Shown here: positions 1 through 10,783 of the stretch, piece by piece
Layout of the letters: the number at the start of each line of letters is the position of its first letter
How positions within the stretch are numbered: the stretch's first letter is position 1
Assembly (NCBI GenBank): GCA_051362555.1
Contig: CM120641.1
Location: 45,266,401-45,330,400 of the forward strand
Direction of reading: 5' to 3'
DNA length: 64,000 bases
Source of the DNA: Lingula anatina
Taxonomy: Eukaryota; Animalia; Brachiopoda
The notes under the pieces: model-generated
Told to the model about the DNA's origin: nothing
The model's database searches: none
The model's input: only the letters and a program-made list of their open reading frames with translations
Program-made: the position numbers and the translations under genes

Positions 1-82
1 CCATCTTTCCATCCCATCTTTTTCTATCCCATCTCATCTCATCCCATCTTATCCTGTTCCATCCCTTGTCCCGTCCCATCCC
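1..82. repeat. Degenerate (CCATC)n pentamer microsatellite
   Basis: Seen directly. Confidence 0.75.
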
Positions 83-753
83 TTCTAGATGGATGGATAG
101 ATAGATAAACACGTAGGTGGAAGCTTTTATTTTTGATTTAAAGAGAGGTGGTTAAATGTGTTTTTGCTAGTCTGCTTTGTTCAATTTTGGAAGTCCAAGT
201 AGGTTGTATGTCTTCTAACAATCTTACTTTTTTATTGATCTAATTTTTTAAGCAGGGATGGGGAGGGGGTATGAATACAATTTCATGCACTTTTTTTTTC
301 ATATTTGCCAGTCACTTTGTTAAGTAGTAATGTGTCTTTTCTGCTCAGGGATGAAAACAGAAAGCTTAGTCATAAATTATTAATTATGATTATGTCAGAT
401 GACAATAGCCACACATCAAAAATACATAAGGTGCATGCAATTAACAAAGAATATGGTGTCAGTATAGTTTTTTCAATTTTAGCATCTTTGATGTCCTCCT
501 TTTTATGTTTGGAATATCACATAACCTACTCAATCATTTAAATTACTATTATTATTACTATCTGTCAAGTTTATGTGACTGTAGCACAGAAAGATACAGT
601 ATAATGTATAAACCATCATTCTGTCATATGCTCTTACGTCTTCAGAAACTATAAATGGCCACTATTTAGAATAGATATTTAGATTATGGTGGTGCTATGA
701 CATATTCCAATAAGTACGAGATTAGGGAAGTATTTGATATGTATTTATTTTAG

Positions 754-861
754 CCTCCATTTGATGGAGAGGATGAAGAGGAGCTATTTACTGCAATTAC
801 AGACCACAGCGTGACATATCCACGGTCCATGTCAAAGGAGTCGGTCTCCATTTGCAAAGGA
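754..861 (+). CDS. PRKCB: cPKC kinase-domain exon ([36 protein letters not shown])
   Basis: tttag acceptor ending at 753, GTAGGT donor at 862, 108 nt, classic [15 protein letters not shown] motif. Confidence 0.95.
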
Positions 862-1678
862 GTAGGTCATGTTACACTTCTAATTACTAGATACCGTGAA
901 TTTCAGAGATTACTGGAGACAGCGTAGACTTACTGATGGTGGGGTTTAGTTTCCAGTAAGTTCTGAATTTCAGGTAACTTAAGCATACAGGTGCAGACCC
1001 ATAGCCAGGGGGGGTTCGAAAGAACCGCCCCTTTTGCTGGGAAAAGGTCCACTCTGGGTAAAATTTGGTCTAGGTACATAAGTTTTTGGGGGAAAAGGTC
1101 CACTTTTTCAGAAAAAGAACCCCCCTTTTGAAATTGCTGGCTACAGGCCTGCAGGTGCATGTATGCAATTATACAAGGGCGTGTGCAGATATTCACACAT
1201 GCGTGCATTCACACACACACGCACACACACGCACACACACACACACACACACAGAGCTCGAGAAAAAGATTGAGAGACAGAGAGAGAGTGTGTGTGTGAC
1301 TGGGAGTAATATTTAAGTGAAATGTTTGTATTGATTATTTCTGATATTTAATTACATGAAATGACTGCCACAGTGACCAGTAACCATGAATGACCACTGA
1401 TCTGAATTGCACCTGATGACTTGTAGGTTTTAATAATAAATTGCTTCTCACTCGCTTTCGTGACATTTGGAAAGCAGTACAGTATGTTAAAATGATTTGT
1501 ACTTTTGTGGAATTAAAAATGAAGTTTCGGACTGTATCAATTTGATAAATGATTCATATATGCAGTGCCTTTCTGTTTCCAGTATTTACACAAGTGACCC
1601 ATATGCACAAAAAAGATTAACAATTGTGATGAGTACATTCTTCTTAGGATATATTCAGAAAGTAGGCCATTCTGTTAG

Positions 1679-1731
<53 letters not shown>

Positions 1732-4700
1732 ATACAACCTATAAATGTTATGAAAAATAATAATTATTGTCACATTTTCTTTAGCCTTATTCAAATCTGT
1801 TAGGCATTTCTCTGAAATTGACTTTCCTAAAATTCACATTTTACCAAATGTACATGAAAAGTGTTGTCTCTTATAAGTGATTATTTAGAAGCATTGTCTA
1901 CCTTGTATAGTTTCTGACCAAGAATCCTGCCAAGCGACTCGGATGTGGAGCCAATGGTGAGCGAGAGGTGAAAGAGCATCCATTTTACAGATTTATTGAC
2001 TGGGAGAAAATCATCAACAGGGAAGTGCAACCACCGTATAAACCAAAAATTGTAAGTAATGGTCAGAAATGGACAACTGAACTATTTGATATGTGCATAG
2101 AAGATTCTTGTCACTTACTGCTTGGAAAATTTTGGATTGAAGGCCAAGAATTTTCTTAGTCCCTTGCTTAGAAACAGCCGGTCAACAAATAATATGCCTG
2201 TGCTGTTATTGCCTCATTGCAGTGGCTGTAGAAAAATGATGGGATGCCAAGTACAGGATAATAGCATTGTTTGTTTTTCCTTTTCTTTTACCTTGATATT
2301 CATAGATGTTTTTGAAATTTACTGGATCTAATTTAACTCCCAATTTTATTTCCCTCCTTTGCCACATAATTTTACAGATAACCCAATACAGAATACAGTA
2401 GCAGTAAACATTGCATTTCACTTTAGATTAATGAGAAGTGCTTTGAAGAATGACTCTAATGTAGTCGTCTTAATAAGCTTGCCTTTCATGCTGGTCTGTC
2501 TAGTTTATATGGAGCTGAGTATAGACATACTGCATTGTCCGATAATAATGGCTGGTTAGAGCAGTTATAGTTATATACAGTCATGGTGTCTGAGAGAGAG
2601 AGAGAGCATCTTGTAGCCTTAGATGCTGTTTGTTTAGTTTACTATATTTATTTTGTAATATACATGTCTGTATATTTATATATAATTTTTCCTTTCAGAG
2701 TGAGTTGCTTATGCCCCATCATCCTCTGCCTAAGCTTTCAGTCATCTCATTGAGAAACCCTCAGATTTTTGCTGCCTTGTCTCTAGTTCCTGTCCCCTGC
2801 ATTTCTTTTGAAAAGCTTTACCCATGATTTCAATAAATACTGAAATATTTGCTGAATTTAGTTTATGGTCCAATGTAACTCCATAATCAAATGAAGTTGA
2901 AAAAAGCCTTAATTAAAGAATATACCTGTAAAACACATGGCAGAAATCTTGTTTCAATTGGTAAAATAATTTGAAATGATTATTAATGTTTTAAAATTAA
3001 TTGATGATTTAAGCATTTAATTAATCTTTCATGGTATTAATAATGGTGTGATAGACATGTATCACATTATTTTTTTAATGTGAAACCATTACTGAGCATC
3101 AGACATGGAAACTGAGTATTTTCCCCAGGCCATCATGATTGAAGGCTGATATGATATATAGAATTGCGTGACAATTTGATGACTATCTTTGAAAATGTAT
3201 GAAGAGAAGAACATTGCATATATAAATAGTACTTATTTTTAAAGCTTTTTGATATGTGCAAAGGGCATGTTTAAAGTATGGAATGAAATGACCTATAAAG
3301 CTTCTCATGGCTAATTTTCAACTTGCTGTGTCTGTCACCTAAATCTCCTCTCCCTGACATTGTTCTTTTACCTGCCCATTTCTCTCTTCTATCTGCTGCA
3401 ACCAACTCAGAAACTGAGCTTGCATGACTTTGTATTTATGTCCACAACTTCCCGCTGCCACTTAACTTGTGTGTTGTGAAATGGAGATAAGAGCCTCAAC
3501 CACAGAGATGAAGCACATTCTTTTGTCAAAGCTCTTTATACAGTACAGTGGTTTTAAATTGAACATAATGTGCTAAAAAGTAATGAATCGGATACTGACA
3601 GTCTTGTCCCATTTCATTCCCTGTCCTTCATTGAAAAGACTGTTTGTTCATTAAGGTGCAGTGAAAATAAAAATATAATGACAATTTGCTTGAAGCTGAT
3701 TCCTCATGTTCCAAGATGATTGCAATTAAAAGAAAAAAAAAGAAATAAAAAAACATGATTTATGCTTAAAGCTGATACCTCAAATTCCAGCATGATTGCG
3801 AAAATTTCTAATTGAATGATTAATTCAAGAAGGACATTAAATGATCATCCCTTGCATATTCTTTGGCCTAGTGGCCTTTAACATTGTATTTGTGCTGCTG
3901 CTAACAAAATATATTATGTGCCACGCATGCAGTTCTTAACGAGGCATGTGGTGAAATCAGATTTTGTATCATTTCTTTCAACAGAAAGATCCCAAGGCGG
4001 CTGAGAATTTTGACAAGGTTTTTACAAAATCAGCCCTAGCGCTCACCCCCACTGACGAGATGGTGCTCCTCCAATTGTGCAAAGACGAATTCCGGGACTT
4101 TTCCTTCGTCAACCATTACTTTGGTTATCGTCCATGATTTGTCATCACCATGCATACCATCGTTGTACGTAGTTTCCCTCATATTTTTTGTTCACTAGAG
4201 TCGACATAATCTAGATAATACTCGTATTGTTTTCTTTGTTTAATTTGCTTTATAGTGTATGACTCCCACTTTATTTTTTCATTTATATCTATGGTATTAG
4301 ATCACATAAGTATATATGTTGTGATAGTTCTAACAGTGGAAAGTATACATATTTGCATTTGTTACATGTGACTATTGTATCCCATAGCTGGATTAACGCT
4401 ACATAGTTGTGATAACTACCATGTCTGGATCTCCTGTGTGCATGGGCTTGCTCTCCCATAATACTCCTGTACCTTCTAATTCTGAAATCTAGCAGATTTA
4501 ATCTTAACCTTGTTCATATAGCTTGATACTTACTCAGTGAAGACTGAAAACAAACTGAACTTTAACAGGATTTTTGTGTGTTAGGGTTTGAAGGGGGGGG
4601 GGGGGGCGCTGAACAATAATGTAGTGTAGAAGGTGCAAATCAGTAGAACAGCACCTTTATGCATTATGACAGATAACATGGAAGACATCACATGTTGCAC

Positions 4701-7416
4701 ATTGTTTGGCATTGATTAATACGTTAAAGCACGTCAGATTTTTCATGCTGTGGTTTTTATTGTTTTAAAGATGTGCATTTTGCAAACTGGCAGTGATTTC
4801 AGAATGCACTTTAAATCAACTTGTTTAACTGAGTTCAGATTATTACCAGGGTATGCTGTGTGCATTGATAGTGGTATATAGTGGTGTAGCTTTACAGATG
4901 TGACCTTGTTTGCATGTACATCCACACAAGGCAAGCACTTGAGATGGCTGATATGACACAGGTCCAGCTGCTCTCTCCTGCATGGTGATGGGATTTCTCA
5001 TCTGGTGTACTGTATAGCGTCGGTCACTTCTTATGATTTAACACGGCATTTTATAATTATAATGCTTTAGTAGCAGGTGCACTTGGTCCGCACACTTAAG
5101 AGTGGTTTCACTAGACTTGGATAACACTGCATTCAAATTGATTTATGTAGAAGTGGGTGATAGTGGAAAAAAATGGAAATTGTATAGACTGACCTTCAAT
5201 GGTGAATACAATTTTTTTAGGCACAAAAAAATGGTTTAATGCATTTAAGTTAACTAACACTATGAATGTTATGGGTGGTATTTTATATGAATGCATTTTT
5301 GAACTAACACTTTCCAAAGATTTCTATTTGTAGTATTGCATTTTACAACAATTGTTTTGGTTTAGTTTGATAACAGTTAAATTGACCATTATTTATTATA
5401 GACTACTTCATTTCGTGGATGTCACAGCCAGGATTTTCTACTTGATGTATACAACTATAGTTCTCAAAATTGTTTATTATGGCAGATGGGTCAAAGAAAT
5501 TTGTCAAATACAATTTCGTTGTTGTTTTAATATGTGTACCCAAAGTCGACTGGTATGTATCTTACACCCCATTTCCATAGATTAGATCGACCTACTTTAG
5601 ATCGACCTAACTCCCTGGGGGTTCACGCTAAATAGCTGTCAGCCGGGCGGACACGAAAGTTAATTACCCTCTTACAGCTTGTAGTAGGCGGGACGGACAT
5701 TTAAGTCGGATTATCTGAAAGTAATCTAGTGAGACTCCCCGCGGGGACAGATCGATCTAAAATCTATGGGAATAGAGCCTTGGATAACGTCCTCTCTTAC
5801 GTACCTGCCTCTCACTCTCAGCCGCTCCTATTTTGAAATGCACTATTTTGTAAATTATAGTGTTGGCTGTGACATCACATGAAATCTCTCTGTATCGTCT
5901 GAATTTTAAGTATTAATACATATAACAAAAGATATAACAAATCAAAGATGAGGCTAAATTTTTTTCTTTGGAAATGTTAGCAATTTGTATTTTGTCACTA
6001 AATAAAGATTGCTAGTACATAACTGCTAGTTACATTTGCATGTGTATACAGTACATTATACATATACATATACATATCAATGATGAGCACATTTTGAAAG
6101 TTAAATTGTTATGCTTAATGATGTGTTGAAGTAATGCCGTTTAAGTACATCATTGTGTAAATACACATCCCATGAACAGCATGGAATTTCTTTCATATGA
6201 CTTAAATTTATCTTTGTCTTCAGAACTATTTCAGGGGCAGATATGTGGTTTGTGTACTATCTTGTTTGTTTATGACAGTTCTTCGCGGCGGTCCAAATAG
6301 AATCAGAAAAGACAGTGTTATTTAGGCATGATGTAGAAAAAATTGAAACACAGCAGTTTTGACTAATAACACTTGTTTGATTTTGATGGCATTGATAGCA
6401 ATGTACACTGAATGTGAATATTCCACATACTCTTGGGATTTTTAGACCAAGGTATTTTTTTCTTGAAGAACCTTTTTAGACTAATTGAAATAAACAAAGT
6501 TGGCTTTGCTAAATCACCCATGAGTCAGATAGCTGCGTTCACCATTAGAATTTTCATCCATTATATGTTTCTGAATATAATCTGGCATTCAGCCAAAGTA
6601 ATACATGAATAAAATCTTTTGAATTTTTTACTGTACTTACAAATATCATATTGGGATTAACATTATGTCATCATTAAGAGGATTTCTGTAGATCATAATC
6701 GAGGGAGCACCTACCATCAGAATCACCATGTTGTCTCCATGGTAACACTTGTTAGTCCAGTAACAGATTCAAATTATTTTTATTTATATGAGTTTACAAA
6801 AGTTATGAAATAAATTTTTACAAGTAACTTCACATGTACCTTGCCTTCAACATAAAAAACATATGAATGATTGGATTGCTGTCTGACTGCCAGGAGCATG
6901 GCTTTAATCATTGTTGCCAAAAACAGCTTGTTTAATTGTACCTTTTTACTCTAAATTGGCTTATGCTGTCTTTTCTATGTGAAGTAGGAGTTAGCTGTAC
7001 AACAGTTGACATTACGATGGCAGGGAAGAGAAATTGCATACTTAAATATTACAAGTATGTCAAGTTTTGTTCTGAGAATAGAATTTGATTCTGTTGAAAA
7101 CAAAGCAGAGGAAACTTTTCCTGCATCACTTCTGTTTGTTGGATGTCATTACGGGCCAAGGCTGAGGTATGTTGATTGGGGAAAGCATTGGACTATGAAA
7201 CATTTGCCTACACATTCTGGGATGTATTTCTGAGAGCTTTTTTTTTCTATTTTCTTTTTGCAGAAAGCCAAAAAAGATGTCAGCAACTTTGACAAGGAAT
7301 TCACAAAGGAGACTGCCAAGTTGACGCCAACTGACAAGCTGTTCATCATGAACTTGGATCAGACGGAATTTGCAGGGTTTTCTTTCGTCAACCCAGAGTT
7401 TATTGTCAAAGTGTGA
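754..7416 (+). CDS. PRKCB: Conventional (Ca2+/DAG-dependent) protein kinase C, 3' part only: join(754..861,1911..2051, then 3985..4137 OR 7264..7416). The 5' part lies outside the window.
   Basis: Spliced translation [12 protein letters not shown]...[13 protein letters not shown]...[11 protein letters not shown] plus an AGC C-tail. All junctions are GT-AG and phase 0. The symbol names the closest vertebrate paralog by tail sequence; an invertebrate gene is probably co-orthologous to PRKCA/B/G. Confidence 0.93.
994..1151. mobile_element. Non-autonomous DNA transposon (MITE) with about 15-bp TIRs and a 6-bp target-site duplication
   Basis: Left end CAGACCCATAGCCAG, right end CTGGCTACAGGCCTG (rc CAGGCCTGTAGCCAG); CAGGTG on both flanks (988-993, 1152-1157); a diverged second copy lies at about 37774-37958. 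Confidence 0.75.
1210..1253. repeat. (CA)n microsatellite
   Basis: Seen directly. Confidence 0.95.
1680..1729. repeat. (TG)n microsatellite
   Basis: Seen directly. Confidence 0.95.
1911..2051 (+). CDS. PRKCB: cPKC exon ([47 protein letters not shown])
   Basis: tag acceptor ending at 1910, GTAAGT donor at 2052, 141 nt; end of kinase domain plus PxxP motif. Confidence 0.95.
3985..4137 (+). CDS. PRKCB: cPKC alternative terminal exon A ([50 protein letters not shown]), alpha/betaII-like tail
   Basis: tttctttcaacag acceptor, phase 0; NFD, turn motif LTP and hydrophobic motif FRDFSF all intact; TGA at 4135-4137. Confidence 0.9.
   Translation, partial: KDPKAAENFDKVFTKSALALTPTDEMVLLQLCKDEFRDFSFVNHYFGYRP
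5567..5779. mobile_element. CpG-rich palindromic MITE-like element in the region downstream of PKC exon A
   Basis: Left arm atttccatagattagatcgacct versus rc of right arm attcccatagattttagatcgatct; inner arms also partly complementary; related end at 10452-10510. Confidence 0.6.
6001..6006 (+). terminator. Candidate polyadenylation signal for the PKC exon-A isoform (a second candidate lies at 6608-6613)
   Basis: AATAAA between exon A stop and exon B acceptor; sequence context only. Confidence 0.35.
7264..7416 (+). CDS. PRKCB: cPKC alternative terminal exon B ([50 protein letters not shown]), betaI-like tail
   Basis: Long poly-T tract plus cag acceptor ending at 7263, phase 0; [28 protein letters not shown] closely matches the PKC-betaI tail; TGA at 7414-7416. 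Confidence 0.95.
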   Translation, partial: KAKKDVSNFDKEFTKETAKLTPTDKLFIMNLDQTEFAGFSFVNPEFIVKV

Positions 7417-9196
7417 AGGAATGTTATTGAAAAGATGTCTGCCAAGATTTGATACTTTACCCTTTTTTTCCTTTGGTGTGGTACATATTGGAGCAAGATG
7501 TGGATTATTATTATTAAGTGTGCTTGAACCAAAATTTGACTATTGTTAATTTTAGTTTTTTTTTCTTATTATCTTCTTTTGGGGGGGAGGGGGGGGGGAG
7601 CACTTATGAAAATGTTTCCTTTTGCCACTTACAGGAATTGCTGTCTGAACTAGTTGATAGAAGGTCAGGCAGTGACATTTCTGTTACTTTTTCTGAATAC
7701 TTTCTACCTTTTCATTTTGATATATACCTTACTTAAAGTAACTTACAGTATCTCATAATCTATTTTACATATTTAAAAAATGTGTAATACAGGGTACGGC
7801 AGATATTCAGAAAGAGCATTTTTTCCTATTTTTAAGCAGATTTTTTCACCATTCAGATTTTTTCTTTTATTTGTATTATTGCCCTGAAAACTGAAAACCT
7901 GCATAATTACATCATATTAGATGTGAATACAGAAAAGGCTCACCAAGTGGAGATCAGTGCTTGCTTCAGGTTTTTTTTTTCTTTTTGCTTGTATAATTGC
8001 TTGTAAAATTTGAAATTAGTAATGAGTGAAAAAATCTGCGATAATTCAAGTGAGCATAATAACACTTAAAAACTAATTTCAAGTGATGATATGTAAGTAG
8101 CGAAATATGAAGATGAAGAACAGTAACGTGTATAAATCAAACTGGGTGTTAATACTCCTCTCTTCGTACAGTTTCTCTTAACATGATAATTTAGTATAAG
8201 ATATACAGGTGTACACGTTTACTATGTGGAAGCTTCCTAGATGGGCACATAAGTCAGATGATTAGTGGTTTTGTATAGGAAATACTTGGCTTTGGTGCTT
8301 CTTATTGTTAGAATATGCTGTGCAGTATAACTTGCTGCAGAATTACAATTTGATAATTAAATGATGTGAATGTCGCATATTACAGTTTTACTTAATTGCC
8401 TGTACTTCTCAACCAAATTGATCTGCATTGCTGTTTACAGTGGGTAGAAAATTTGGAAAAAAAGTATAAAATAATACCTCAAGCAGCTTTTTTTCTTGAA
8501 GGTCACATTAATGACCTTTTTGTATGATGAGAATTGAGAAGTTTTAGGAAAAAATGGAAGAAGGGTTATTGTACTAAAGTGCTTTGTTGCAAAGAAATAC
8601 ACAATATTTTAATTAATTTTTTTTCATGTCATCTGTATCTTGGGTGGGCTGAATTTTTGGGAATATTTACCTTTAGTCTTCAAGGGGAACCTGTGGTATA
8701 TTGAAGAGCACATGCCTTTGTATATTTTTGCTGATAATATTTGTTTTTACAATAGAATGTCAACATCAGTGTAAAAAAATTACAGAAAAAAAATTGTAAA
8801 TTATCAAGTACTTCTATAAAGTGCAATTTATATTCCTATAGAATTTTGGGTAGTCTTTGTCATCTTTTTTCAGATAAGCATATTATATATAACTGAATAC
8901 AGGATTTGGGAAGAGTAGACCACATTTTTTCAAGAGATGTACATGTACAATTTACAACACCTTTAGGGCAACCTGGCCTCAAATTATCTTATATGCTAGT
9001 ATGTATAATCTACATTTTATAACCTTTTCTTCTTTTGGTTTATATTATTAAACCAAAGTGGACAGTAATGTGCAATCACTAAAATTTCACTTGGTGTAAA
9101 GATGCAATGTTGGAGCAGGCAGTTGTGGTTTTATATCTTAAGTGAAAATTAAAAGAAATATCACACTCTGTGGACATCAACACAAAAGACACAAAC

Positions 9197-9202
9197 ATTA
9201 AA
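9197..9202 (+). terminator. Candidate polyadenylation signal for the PKC exon-B isoform (alternative AATAAA at 10984-10989)
   Basis: ATTAAA followed by GT/T-rich sequence; context only. Confidence 0.25.
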
Positions 9203-10451
9203 GACATTTGAAATCCTGTATGCTGTCCCAGTGAGCATTAACAGTCAGAAAATAATGTTTATTCTTAGTGTGTATTATCCATGTATTAATTTTTATAGCT
9301 TGTGATGTATACTTAATGTGTATTTTTGCTCATATCTTTTTTATGAACATTGGAAGCTTGAGATAGACCATCAAATGTTTAAACTTAATGCCAAGCTTTG
9401 ACTATTCCTTATCATCAAACTGTGCAAGAAAAAAGTTTGATGATGTAGATTAAGTTGGAAGGTCAAATGTAATCCACAAAGGTTGGCAAAAATGTAAGTA
9501 GGTTGTCTTTATAAAGTAAAAAGACTTTGAATATGAAAGAAATTAATGATTACATTTTTACAAACAAATGTGTAAATCTTAAGAAATATGTTGGTTAGGA
9601 AACTGTGAATTTTATTAAAGAACCAGAAAATATATTATATAGATGACATGAAATCCCAATGTGTGGATAAAGTCAGAAATAACACTCATGAAAGGAAGCT
9701 GTGTTCACTCTAGCACAAATTTTGGAAAAAAAACTTTTGAACCAGAATATTGACTGAGCTACAAATCATAAGTCACAATTTTTCAGCCAAAATGTATAAT
9801 TTTTAGACCTAAATCAATACGCTAAGTGTCACCTTGAATCCAAAGATATGTAGGATTTGTTCTTCTTCCATTTATCCATTTCCATATTTCCAATGTCTCG
9901 TTATCTTATGCAAGAAGTGGTACCTTGTGATCCAGAGTGAGTAGGGCAGTCACTGGAGGGGGTACTAAGTTCTACAGATCATTATTAACAGGTATGGGGA
10001 CTTATTTTCTCAGTATATTGTCATTTCTTTCCTGATATACTGAAGCCATTATTGTTATATGTTTAACTTTTTTTAAAACTTCAATTGCAAATATATGTCA
10101 TTAAACATTATAAATCTTAGTTGTTCATTATATGTACTCTAAAATATGAAGCATAATGCGAACTAGAAATGCACATATTTTTAAAATTTTTATTTGATTT
10201 TTTGTTACACTATTGTTATAATAGTGTCTCCCTCCCAAACAATCCCTTTTAAAAAGTTAACTTGAAGTTGCTGCAAAAATGATCAAATTTTATAAGATAT
10301 ATTACAGTTGTTATGAGAATCCTGTGTTAATCTCTGTATATAACATGCAACCCAAACAAAATTTAGACAATTCATGCCACCATTGTGGTAGCTGTGCCAC
10401 TTCAAGTCACAACCGAGAATGCAATTTTGTCTGGATACTATGATTGCCTTA

Positions 10452-10783
10452 GGGACCATTCCCACAGATATTTGGATTGATCTATCTCCCTCGGGAGTCT
10501 CACTAAATTCCCATCGAAGTCGGTTGTCGCTAACGTCGTTATTGAAAATGAGCTTTCTGCGCATGCGTATTACTGCCACGTGGAAATATGGCCGCTTTGC
10601 CGTCAAATTCATCTCTAGGATCACTTTCAAATTACAGGACAATTACAGGACGCAAAACAGTACAGCCCCAATAGTAGCTCAAAATTTCGAAAACATTCAA
10701 CAGAAGTTTACCTCACAACATAATTACTCATTTTTTGCGGGTTTGTAATTAGGCAACAATGGTTTATACCTTGCATCAGGGCC
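10452..10783. mobile_element. Related repeat sharing a terminus with 5567-5779; right boundary uncertain
   Basis: attcccacagatatttggattgatctatctccctcgggagtctcactaaatt resembles rc of 5722-5773 (attcccatagattttagatcgatctgtccccgcggggagtctcactagatt); locally CpG-rich. Confidence 0.5.
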
